Notes: generated by a model from the sequence alone, not told the origin. Counted from the first letter of the stretch, positions 9,613-17,914 are shown. The stretch: 32,000 nucleotides of DNA from Candidatus Saccharimonadota bacterium (GCA_963718585.1 OY970357.1:1-32000); one strand, 5' to 3'. Numbers and translations: made by a program.

Positions 9613-12359
9613 ACTCCAGCTACTACGTCGACCTCGGCATCAATGGCTCCGGATACAACGATCCGGCCTATTCCATCGGCGGTCCGAACACGGCCTACCT
9701 CTATTCCGCCTCCTCCAACCTCACGATCGGCACGGCGAGCGATACGGGCGTCCTCAAGTTCCACGCCGGCGGTACGACCGCGGCAGACGAGGTCATGCGG
9801 ATCACGTATGACCATCTCGTCGGCATCAACACGACCAATCCGTCAGCCACGTTGGATGTCATCGGGGATGGTCGGTTCACGGGCATGCTGACGGTGGGCG
9901 GATATGCGGACTTCCAAAATCTGCACTGGGGTGATGCGTCGGGGACGAACACGACCTCCACCAACTTCTTCGCGACCAATGCGGATCTCACGAACCTGTC
10001 GGTCTCCAACACGGCGACGTTGGCGGGATCCTTCTACGTCCCATCGCTCGGCGGAACCTCGTCCACGAACCAAGACATCGTGAATGATGTGTTGTCGACG
10101 GGTTGGGTTTCGGGTGGTGCCATCACGGACGCTGGAAGCGAGACAGTCAACGTTGCCGCGGGCGTCGGGTATATCCGGCTGGTCAACTCGCCGACAGCGC
10201 AGATCTATCGCATCACCTGGCCGGCGGCGAGCGGCCTGTCGGTCCCGACGAATACGAATCGGAACATCTACATCTCCTACAACAGTGGCGATCCGATCGT
10301 GGTCGCGGATGCGAACGAAGCGCCGAACACGCAGCAGTACATCGAGATCGGTGAGGTCCACAACATCGGCGGGACGCTGGAGATCCACTTCCTCCCGCGC
10401 AATTCCGGAGACATGATGAACCGGATCCAGACCTATACCGCGGCGTTGATCGGGAATCGGATCGCGTCTGGAGAGAACGTCGGTTCTACGAGCACGCGCT
10501 ATATCGAGATCTCTGCCGGGGATATCTGGGACTTCTACTACAACGAGCACCTCACGTCGGATTTCGACTCTGCGACCTCCGGGACGTTCTCGAACTTCTA
10601 CCGGGACGGATCCGGCGGGTTCAACGTGGAGACCGGTCAGACCCAGTGGGAGAATACGAAGATCGATTCGCCGGCCGGGACGCTGACGACCATGACAGAC
10701 GGGTACTATGCGAACCGGTGGGTCATCCGGAACTACAGTGGAGATGTCGGCGTCATCTACGGGACCGCGGAATATGCGACCGAGGCGGATGCCTTGGCCG
10801 CCACCCCGCCCACGGCGCGGCCTGAGCCGTGGGCTGAGCATGGCTGGAACGTCGCGCAGATCGTCTTCCAGAAGAATGCGACCAGTGCGGCCGACATCGT
10901 GAGCATCAAACCGACGATCGGCGGATCGAGCGGGGGCACGACCGGCGGGGGCGTGACCAATCACAACGAGCTTTTCGGCCTTCAAGGCGGTCAGCCGGGC
11001 CAGTATTATCACCTGACCGCGGCGGAGCACAGTTTCCTGACGAACACGTCCACGCCCAGCGACGGGGCGATCCTCTTCAGCGATTCCGCGGGGATCTCCT
11101 ATGATCAGGCCGACTTCACCTGGGATCGGACCTCGAACGTCCTCACCGTGAATGGGGGGATCGTGGCGACCAATGCCACGGCCACGAATCTGTATGCGAC
11201 GGACGCATCCTTTGCAGGCTTGACGGTCGCGGGCGCGACGCCGGCATCCATCGACCAACTCACCTTCGCCGACGGCACTTCTACGGATTGGTTCGGCTTC
11301 GCGACCGCATCCGGCACCGTGCTCCATGCGAATACGCTCTATTCGCCCAACGCCTACCTCACCGGCGGGACGCTGGACAACGTGTCGATCGGGGACATCG
11401 TTCCGGCCGGAGCGGTCTTCACGAAGGTCACGGCAACGAACGCGACCGCCACCACGTTGGCCTTCACCTCGGCTTCCGGATCTTCACTCACGATCGCGGG
11501 ACAAAGCGTCTGTCTGCAAGACGGGACGGACTGCCCGCCGACCCCGACGTTGGCCCAGATCACGGCCGCCGGTGCGACCACGACCGACCTCATCTACGCA
11601 CTCGGCGGGATCCATACGATGAACTTGACCGCCTCCGGCACGCTGGACGTCACCGGACAGACGACCTTGGCGGATCTCACGGCCACGAACGTCACCACCA
11701 CGAACCTCTTTGCGTCAGGCCTTACACAGCTCAACGATCTGCGCGTGACGGGGTCTTCGACGCTTGGGCTGACCTACCTCACTTCGGTCACGACGACAGC
11801 CTTGTCGGTCCCGGGGTACGTGTATACCGATCTGATCCCGTCGGTAGATGCGACACTCGCGCTCGGCTCGTCCGGTCTCCGTTGGAACGCGAACTTCGCG
11901 ACCGTCACGACCACGAACCTGTTCGCGACGACCGTCTCATCGACCAACGGTCTATTCACGAATGTGACGTCCTCCCATCTCTACGCCACGACCGGCGTCA
12001 TGGAGGATCTGACGGCCACGAATGCGCTCTTCACGAACGCGACGGCCACGACATTCACCGCCTTGAGCGACTTCGTGGTCGCAAGTGGGACGACGCGTGC
12101 GGACCTCGGTATCACGGCCTTCCCGGGCCGTGTCGCATCGACGGATGAGGTCGGATTGACCTTGAACAAGAACGCGACCGTCCGGTCCGGTCTCGTCAAT
12201 GAGGTCAGATGGCCAGCTCTTGAGCTTCGCGATCAATGCGAATCAACTCGGGGGTCGTTCGACATCGACGATCGGTGCCATCTTCCGGCTCGATACGCGG
12301 CCAGGGAATCCGTATTGGAATCTCAAACGCCAGCCCGCCACCTCTGGGACGAGTTATGA
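9543..12359 (+). CDS. Fibre-like protein fragment with a globular domain ending in the HNELFGLQGGQPGQYYH motif; the protein-like part is ~9608-12203
   Basis: 938-codon ORF. Content includes NDSSYYVDLGINGSGYNDPAY, VGINTTNPSATLDVIG, a domain paralogous to 7050-7985, VCLQDGTDCP and DATLALGSSGLRWNANF. The first ~20 and last ~50 residues of the ORF-track translation look out of frame (Arg/Cys-rich). Confidence 0.75.
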   Translation: MCRTTRAGTALRPISWPRTISVNDSSYYVDLGINGSGYNDPAYSIGGPNTAYLYSASSNLTIGTASDTGVLKFHAGGTTAADEVMRITYDHLVGINTTNPSATLDVIGDGRFTGMLTVGGYADFQNLHWGDASGTNTTSTNFFATNADLTNLSVSNTATLAGSFYVPSLGGTSSTNQDIVNDVLSTGWVSGGAITDAGSETVNVAAGVGYIRLVNSPTAQIYRITWPAASGLSVPTNTNRNIYISYNSGDPIVVADANEAPNTQQYIEIGEVHNIGGTLEIHFLPRNSGDMMNRIQTYTAALIGNRIASGENVGSTSTRYIEISAGDIWDFYYNEHLTSDFDSATSGTFSNFYRDGSGGFNVETGQTQWENTKIDSPAGTLTTMTDGYYANRWVIRNYSGDVGVIYGTAEYATEADALAATPPTARPEPWAEHGWNVAQIVFQKNATSAADIVSIKPTIGGSSGGTTGGGVTNHNELFGLQGGQPGQYYHLTAAEHSFLTNTSTPSDGAILFSDSAGISYDQADFTWDRTSNVLTVNGGIVATNATATNLYATDASFAGLTVAGATPASIDQLTFADGTSTDWFGFATASGTVLHANTLYSPNAYLTGGTLDNVSIGDIVPAGAVFTKVTATNATATTLAFTSASGSSLTIAGQSVCLQDGTDCPPTPTLAQITAAGATTTDLIYALGGIHTMNLTASGTLDVTGQTTLADLTATNVTTTNLFASGLTQLNDLRVTGSSTLGLTYLTSVTTTALSVPGYVYTDLIPSVDATLALGSSGLRWNANFATVTTTNLFATTVSSTNGLFTNVTSSHLYATTGVMEDLTATNALFTNATATTFTALSDFVVASGTTRADLGITAFPGRVASTDEVGLTLNKNATVRSGLVNEVRWPALELRDQCESTRGSFDIDDRCHLPARYAARESVLESQTPARHLWDEL

Positions 12360-13221
12360 GGTCTCGGATATGCAGATCTCGACCGCCGGAGACATCGGAC
12401 TCGGCGCCGGTCATGCGTCGGACTTGAACAGCTTTGGCGGGCAGGTCCATGTATTCACACGCTCAAGTTCGACCCGGGTCCTTGTCTTGCAGGGGAATGT
12501 CGGCCAGACCGCGAATCTGACGGAATGGTGGAATAGCTCCTCGACGCCGCTCGATGTCGTCACGCCGAACGGGTCGCTCGGGGTCGGGACATCCACCCCG
12601 ACGGACAAGCTCCAGGTCGTCGGTTCCTCACGCTTCAACGGGAGCGTGACGGTCGCATCTGCCGGGACATCGTCCACGGTCGCATGGGCGAATTCGAACT
12701 TGTCCGCGACCGGGATCGAATCGATCCGTTCCTTGGACGTCTTTAATGGATATCTTTACGCCGGCCGGGGAGACAGCGCGGGTGATGGGGATGTGATGAT
12801 CTGCGACCCGAGCGTGGCTGGGGATCCGTCGGTCTGCGACAACGCATCCGACTGGTCGACGTCGTACAATAGCGCCGTGGCGAACAATGTGTTGTCCATG
12901 ATCGAGTACAAAGGCCGGCTCTATACAGGTTCTGGAGATGCGAGCGGGATGGGCGTGATCCGATACTGTAACCCGGCCACGACCGGCGATCCGAACAAGT
13001 GCGACAGCGGGGACTGGGTCACGTCGAATTCGACCGGACGCAATCGGATCTCGGCGTTCGCCGTGTACAACGGATATCTCACCGCCGTCGGGGATAATGG
13101 ATCGTTTAATTCCGGCATCATCTATACCTGTAACCCGGCTGCTGCGGGCAATGCGAATGAGTGTGACAATGCGGCAGATTGGACTAGCGTCAATCTCTCA
13201 TCCGTCGTAAGCGGGATATGA
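12199..13221 (+). CDS. Fibre-like protein fragment: N-terminal LTEWWNSS...GSLGVGTSTPTDKLQV module followed by blades 1-3 of a Cys-pair propeller-like repeat
   Basis: 340-codon ORF in frame 1, closed upstream by TGA 12163-12165. The ~50-aa repeats follow the pattern xxISxxxVFNGYLYAGxGxxxGDGxVxxCDPxxxGDxxxCDNxxDW. The ORF ends in the middle of a repeat at TGA 13219-13221. Confidence 0.75.
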   Translation: MRSDGQLLSFAINANQLGGRSTSTIGAIFRLDTRPGNPYWNLKRQPATSGTSYEVSDMQISTAGDIGLGAGHASDLNSFGGQVHVFTRSSSTRVLVLQGNVGQTANLTEWWNSSSTPLDVVTPNGSLGVGTSTPTDKLQVVGSSRFNGSVTVASAGTSSTVAWANSNLSATGIESIRSLDVFNGYLYAGRGDSAGDGDVMICDPSVAGDPSVCDNASDWSTSYNSAVANNVLSMIEYKGRLYTGSGDASGMGVIRYCNPATTGDPNKCDSGDWVTSNSTGRNRISAFAVYNGYLTAVGDNGSFNSGIIYTCNPAAAGNANECDNAADWTSVNLSSVVSGI

Positions 13222-13261
13222 AGAGATCAACTCCCTCGTCGTCTACCTCAACCGGCTCTAC

Positions 13262-15244
13262 ATGTTCGTCGGGAACTCCGGCGGAGATAACGATATCTTC
13301 GCCTGTGATCCGTCCCAGGGTGGGAATACAGATGCGTGCGACAATGCGTCCGATTGGACTCGTCTCTATAATTCTGCGAACGTCGGGTATAACTCCATCG
13401 TGAGTTCCGCGGTCTTCGACGCGAACCTGTACATGGGCATGGGGAACGGGACCGGCGATGGCGACCTGGTCGAATGTAATCCGACGTACGCCGGCGACCT
13501 GTCGCTCTGTGACAACGCGGGCGACTTCAACAATTTCACGCCGACCATCAATAACGGTGGGACGATCTCGACGTTGGCCGCCATGGCGAACTACGACGGG
13601 ACCCTCATGATCGGGATGGCCGGGACAGCGTCTGGGGATGGGCAGATCGACGAGGTCCGTAAGACATACTCAGTGACCTCGAATTCCGGTACCGGCTTCC
13701 AGGCCACGTACGCCTTCACGGTTTACAACGGGTATCTCTATGCCGGCCGTGGGAACGCGAGCGGCAATGGTCAGGTGTGGTACTACCATCGCGCGCGTTC
13801 CGTGAGCAATAAGCTCAACTTCGAGACGAACTCCAGCACGGCATCCATCTGGTACGACAATTCGTCGTACAACAATACGCAGGTCGGTGATCAAGGGCTG
13901 CAGAGCGGCGTGTTCAAATTCTCGCAAGGCATCATCACGTCCGCGGGGTCTTACGACTTGGCCGAGTCCTATACGGCGTCTGAGGCGGGTCTCGAGGCCG
14001 GGGACGTCGTCGCATCGGACCAGAAGCTCAATGCGAGCGTCCGCCGTTCGGACAAGGCCTATGATCCGTATGCCTTCGGTGTCGTCTCGACCAAGCCGGG
14101 GTTCCTCCTTTCGTCGGATGATCAGACCGGGACCGTACCGGTGGCGCTGACCGGCCGCGTTCCTGTGAAGTTCTCGGCCGAGAATGGTCCGGTCCAGCCG
14201 GGCGATGCCCTGACCGCGGCAAATATCCCAGGGTATGCGATGAAGGCGACGGCAGACGGCCCGATGATCGGTCGTGCGCTCGCCGGCTTCAAGATCGACG
14301 ATGGCACGGCGACCTCGACCGCGACAGGGACGGTGCTCATGCTCGTTCAGGCGGGGTATCACATGTCTGCATCGAGCGCGGACAGTCTCTCACAGCTCAT
14401 GACCGGTTCCGGCAGTTCGACCGGGGATGCGCTCCAGTCGCCTGGCGCGACCCCGGAGACGGCCCTCCCGGCCGGATCGCAGATCTCCCAGGGGCTCGGC
14501 GTGCTGACGCTCGTCGCGCGTGACGCCACGTTCACGGGGAATGTCACGGTCCTTGGCCCGATCACCTTGCGCGGACCCGTGGTCCTCGGCGCGTCCAATG
14601 CCGGACGCGTGAAGGTCGATCCGGGCGACTACATCATCAACGTCCTCTTCCCGAAGACCTATCCCATCCCGCCGCACGTCTTCGCCACGCCAGAGATCGT
14701 CGATGTGTCGGGCGGGACCGGCTTCGATCATGCGGAATGGGATGGCGCATACTATCTCGCAAATGTGACGACGACCGGATTCACCATCGAACTTCCGGGT
14801 GGCGGGTACTGCCCGACCTACACGATCAAACCATGCCCGATCGAGCTCTACTTCAACTGGTTCGTCGTCGGCTTCGAAGACACGTCCGGGACCCCGGCCA
14901 CGGCACAGACCGCGCCGAGCGAGGGGAATCCGACATCGACCACCACATCATCCGGCACGACGTCCGGAACCCCAACGACGGATCCCACGGGATCTGGGAC
15001 GATATCAAGCACGACATCAGGGTCGACCACGGGCACGCCGCCGGCAGATCCGACGCCGTCCGGGAGTTCGACGACGACATCTTCTGGGACGACGTCAGGA
15101 ACGCCGACATCCCCGACGAGTGGAAGTTCCTCGACAAGCACCTCCAGCGGCACGCCGCCGGCAGATCCGACGCCGTCCGGGAGTTCGACGGCGACATCGG
15201 ATCCCGCTCCGCCCACCGACACATCTTCGACGTCAACGCCGTAA
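13262..15244 (+). CDS. Fibre-like protein fragment: propeller-like blades 4-7, a conserved C-terminal globular region and a Thr/Ser/Pro-rich tail
   Basis: 660-codon ORF in frame 2. The frame is open upstream of the Met and there reads GYEEINSLVVYLNRLY, the missing start of blade 4. The C-terminus is low-complexity TSGTP/PPADPTPSGSST. Confidence 0.75.
   Translation: MFVGNSGGDNDIFACDPSQGGNTDACDNASDWTRLYNSANVGYNSIVSSAVFDANLYMGMGNGTGDGDLVECNPTYAGDLSLCDNAGDFNNFTPTINNGGTISTLAAMANYDGTLMIGMAGTASGDGQIDEVRKTYSVTSNSGTGFQATYAFTVYNGYLYAGRGNASGNGQVWYYHRARSVSNKLNFETNSSTASIWYDNSSYNNTQVGDQGLQSGVFKFSQGIITSAGSYDLAESYTASEAGLEAGDVVASDQKLNASVRRSDKAYDPYAFGVVSTKPGFLLSSDDQTGTVPVALTGRVPVKFSAENGPVQPGDALTAANIPGYAMKATADGPMIGRALAGFKIDDGTATSTATGTVLMLVQAGYHMSASSADSLSQLMTGSGSSTGDALQSPGATPETALPAGSQISQGLGVLTLVARDATFTGNVTVLGPITLRGPVVLGASNAGRVKVDPGDYIINVLFPKTYPIPPHVFATPEIVDVSGGTGFDHAEWDGAYYLANVTTTGFTIELPGGGYCPTYTIKPCPIELYFNWFVVGFEDTSGTPATAQTAPSEGNPTSTTTSSGTTSGTPTTDPTGSGTISSTTSGSTTGTPPADPTPSGSSTTTSSGTTSGTPTSPTSGSSSTSTSSGTPPADPTPSGSSTATSDPAPPTDTSSTSTP
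15032..15190. repeat. Perfect 42-bp direct repeat (15032-15073 and 15149-15190) in the Thr/Ser/Pro-rich tail
   Basis: ggcacgccgccggcagatccgacgccgtccgggagttcgacg occurs twice, 117 bp apart, and encodes GTPPADPTPSGSST. Confidence 0.9.
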
Positions 15245-15309
15245 CGAGCGAAATCCTACAGAACGGGTAGCCGCGGCAAAGAAAGACGTGGTATACTTCT
15301 AAAAACAGT

Positions 15310-16122
15310 ATGAAAGAAACCGTACCCTCACGTCGTCGCCGAACCTCGCGAACGACGCCACCACCACCCCCGCCTGGGAATCCTATGCCGTCCGCTACAA
15401 AGATGCCGTCACCCCCTAAAGGGGCGACACGGCTGTCGACGCTTTCTGTCGCGCTCCTCGTCCTCATTTTGGTCACGGCGGCGATCCTCTGGGCTGTCAG
15501 TACGCTCCAGAAGCCGTCATCATCCTCAGCAACGGGGGAGAGTGCCGCATCAAAGGACGTGCAGACCCTGATCTCTGACGTGAGTCGGCACATCGTGGTC
15601 AAACAGGATGAACAGCCGACCGTCGCGACGGTGCAAGATGCGGACCTGCTCCGTAAGCAGAACCCGGAATTCTACAAGGATGCACAGAATGGCGATCGGT
15701 TGTTGATCTGGTCTGACAAAGCGGTCTTATATTCGTCGTCCCGTGATCTGATCCTGTCTGTGTTGCCGATCAATCTCCCAGTCAATGCCGCGACATCGAC
15801 GAACACGACGACGACCAGTCAGACGTCGCAGCAGGAGAACGCGACGATCGAGGTGCGGAACGGTTCTGGTGTCGCTGGCCAAGCGGGCTTGCTCGTGACC
15901 AAGCTGAAAGGGGAGGGGATGACCGTACTGACGCCCACGGATGCCCGTGTGAAGACGCGGTATCCCAAGACCTTGGTCGTTAATGCATCCGGCAAGGAGC
16001 TCCCCGCGACGTTGAAGGCGCTTCAGAGCGCAACCGGCGGGCAGGTAAGCAGTGCGCCGGCCGGTGAAGAGCCGATCAAGGGAGATGTCCTGGTGATCAT
16101 CGGGACGGATTATACGAACTAG
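15310..16122 (+). CDS. Membrane-anchored LytR_C (LytR/CpsA/Psr C-terminal) domain protein
   Basis: Pro-rich N-terminus, a single TM helix (LSVALLVLILVTAAILWAV), and a C-terminal IEVRNGSGVAGQAGLLVTKLKGEGMTV...GDVLVIIGTDY typical of LytR_C. Confidence 0.75.
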   Translation: MKETVPSRRRRTSRTTPPPPPPGNPMPSATKMPSPPKGATRLSTLSVALLVLILVTAAILWAVSTLQKPSSSSATGESAASKDVQTLISDVSRHIVVKQDEQPTVATVQDADLLRKQNPEFYKDAQNGDRLLIWSDKAVLYSSSRDLILSVLPINLPVNAATSTNTTTTSQTSQQENATIEVRNGSGVAGQAGLLVTKLKGEGMTVLTPTDARVKTRYPKTLVVNASGKELPATLKALQSATGGQVSSAPAGEEPIKGDVLVIIGTDYTN

Positions 16123-16129
16123 CACTTGT

Positions 16130-16531
16130 ATGAAGAGAAAACAGGTTTTGTGGGGATCTGCCATCGTCGCAGCCCTCATCGTGATCATCGGACTTGGATT
16201 CTTTTTGAAACTTTCCTTTGGTCACGGGGGCGCGGCACGGAGCGGCCTCTACGGCGTATTCCTCGACAATGGCCAGGTCTACTTCGGAACGATCGCCCAG
16301 GAGGATCAGAAGGTCCTCCGACTTGAGAATATCTATTATATCCAGTTGAAGGACACCACGACCCAGGACACGTCGCAAGGTGATGTCTCGTTGCTCAAAC
16401 TCGGGAATGAGCTCCATGGCCCGGAAGACTGGATGGAGATCAATCCGGAGCATGTCCTGTTCGTCGAACGTCTCAAGTCGGATGGGAAAGTCGCGCAGGC
16501 GATCGCCTCGTATAAACAAACTGGCCAATAA
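16130..16531 (+). CDS. Small membrane-anchored hypothetical protein
   Basis: 133-codon ORF starting 8 nt after the preceding gene. It has an N-terminal TM helix (SAIVAALIVIIGLGFFL). No family recognised. Confidence 0.6.
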   Translation: MKRKQVLWGSAIVAALIVIIGLGFFLKLSFGHGGAARSGLYGVFLDNGQVYFGTIAQEDQKVLRLENIYYIQLKDTTTQDTSQGDVSLLKLGNELHGPEDWMEINPEHVLFVERLKSDGKVAQAIASYKQTGQ

Positions 16532-16605
16532 AGGACGATGGGTTGGATCCAACAGCGGGTGTACATCGCCCGCTGTTCCGTTATAGTGGCTTCATTCTCG
16601 GCTTT

Positions 16606-17847
16606 ATGCGACTCATCACCGATTTCCACCTCCATTCCAAATGGTCCCGCGCCTGCTCAAAGGAGCTGACGCTTCCGAATATCGCGACCTATTGCGAGCG
16701 GAAGGGGATCGCCTTCGTAGGGACATCGGACGCGTTCCACCCGGCGTGGCGTGCGGACATCGGGTCTCTGTTGAAAGATGCGGGGGAAGGGACGTTTGAG
16801 CTCGCGGATGGTTCGTCGAAGACCCGCTTCCTGTTGTCCACGGAGATCTCCTGTATCTACAAACGCGATGGAAAGGTCCGTCGGGTGCATCATCTCATCC
16901 TCTTTCCGTCGGTCGCGGCATTGGATCGGTTGACGACGGCGTTGAACGAACGGGGGTGCAACTTGAAGAGCGACGGCCGTCCGATCGTCGGGGTCGATTC
17001 CGAAGAGCTGCTGAAGATGACGCTTGACGCCGATCCGGCCTGTCTCCTCATCCCGGCGCACGCCTGGACGCCATGGTTCGCGGTCTTCGGTTCAAAGTCT
17101 GGTTTTGACAGTCTGGAAGAGTGCTTCGGAGACATGGCAAAACACATCGTCGCCATCGAGACGGGTCTGTCGTCCGATCCTGGGATGAACTGGCGGATCT
17201 CCGGTCTCGATCGGATCTTCCTCGTTTCCAATTCAGATGCGCATTCGTTGAACAATCTCGGACGCGAAGCCAGTGTCTTTGAGATGGAACATCCGAGTTA
17301 TCACGAACTTCGACGGATCTTGGTCGAACACGATCTGTCGAAATTCCTCGAGACGATCGAGTTCTTCCCGGAAGAGGGGAAATATCATGCGGATGGGCAT
17401 GCTTCGTGCGGGTTCTGGTGTGATCCGGAAGAATCAAAACGGTTGAAGGGGATCTGTCCGAAGTGTGGAAAACCGTTGACGATCGGCGTGCTGTCTCGCA
17501 TCGCGGATCTCGCGGATCGTGCCCCGCATCCACCCCGCCCAAAAGGCGCTGTGCCGTATCGTTCGATCGTTCCGCTTGCGGAACTCGCCGCAGACGCATT
17601 GGGTGTCGGGAAGTCGTCCAAACGCGTGCAACGAGCGGTCGATGCATTGCTGACAGACGGACGGAATGAATTCCAGGTCCTTTTGGATCTCCCGCGATCA
17701 GAACTGGAACGAGACGCGATCCCGGAGTTCGTGGAGGCGATCCTGAATATGCGCGAGGGGAAGGTCGAGATCAGGCCCGGATATGATGGGGTCTTCGGCG
17801 TCATTCATGCGCGAGGGGAGCGTGAACAGCAAGATCCCTTGTTCTAG
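16606..17847 (+). CDS. Endonuclease Q family protein (PHP-type domain plus Zn ribbon)
   Basis: Motifs DFHLHSKWSRA, RVHHLILFP, PAHAWTPW, SNSDAHS, EEGKYH, CPKCGKPLTIGV and PGYDGVFG. Start chosen at ATG 16606 (MRLITDFHLHS); the ORF-track Met at 16543 adds 21 non-conserved residues. Confidence 0.8.
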   Translation: MRLITDFHLHSKWSRACSKELTLPNIATYCERKGIAFVGTSDAFHPAWRADIGSLLKDAGEGTFELADGSSKTRFLLSTEISCIYKRDGKVRRVHHLILFPSVAALDRLTTALNERGCNLKSDGRPIVGVDSEELLKMTLDADPACLLIPAHAWTPWFAVFGSKSGFDSLEECFGDMAKHIVAIETGLSSDPGMNWRISGLDRIFLVSNSDAHSLNNLGREASVFEMEHPSYHELRRILVEHDLSKFLETIEFFPEEGKYHADGHASCGFWCDPEESKRLKGICPKCGKPLTIGVLSRIADLADRAPHPPRPKGAVPYRSIVPLAELAADALGVGKSSKRVQRAVDALLTDGRNEFQVLLDLPRSELERDAIPEFVEAILNMREGKVEIRPGYDGVFGVIHARGEREQQDPLF

Positions 17848-17872
17848 CGTAGCGCGTCGTTCTTTTAGAAAA

Positions 17873-17899
17873 AAACGATCCGCATTACGCGGATCGTTT
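17873..17899. terminator. Bidirectional rho-independent terminator between convergent genes
   Basis: aaacgatccgc / gcggatcgttt forms an 11-bp stem with a 5-nt loop. There is an A-run on the left (a T-run for the minus-strand gene) and tttg on the right. Confidence 0.7.
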
Positions 17900-17914
17900 G
17901 TGCATGAAGAAGAT

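Noticed and set aside
8865-13221. Programmed ribosomal frameshifting as the explanation for the frame changes.
   Set aside because: There are eight shifts of both signs within 4.4 kb. I saw no slippery heptamers or downstream pseudoknots at the sites. Errors or decay are more parsimonious.
62-15302. Dozens of long alternative-frame and antisense ORFs across the giant locus (for example 136..1017 -, 366..1226 -, 2806..3951 -, 4429..7035 - of 868 aa, 4488..5585 -, 9843..11327 - of 494 aa, 14799..15302 +).
   Set aside because: Their translations are Arg/Gly/Pro/Val-rich, low-complexity mirror images of the ACC/AAC/ACG/GGC codon bias of the sense frame. They repeat with the same 1335-bp period and have no start signals. 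They are compositional artefacts of a stop-poor repeat, not genes.
16543-16605. The longer N-terminus for endonuclease Q from the ORF-track Met at 16543. The same applies to the 18092-18235 extension of the histone-like ORF and the 18918-19016 extension of the Cys-rich ORF.
   Set aside because: The extensions are non-conserved-looking, overlap upstream genes or regulatory regions, and lack an RBS. The internal starts coincide with family N-termini or strong SD sequences.
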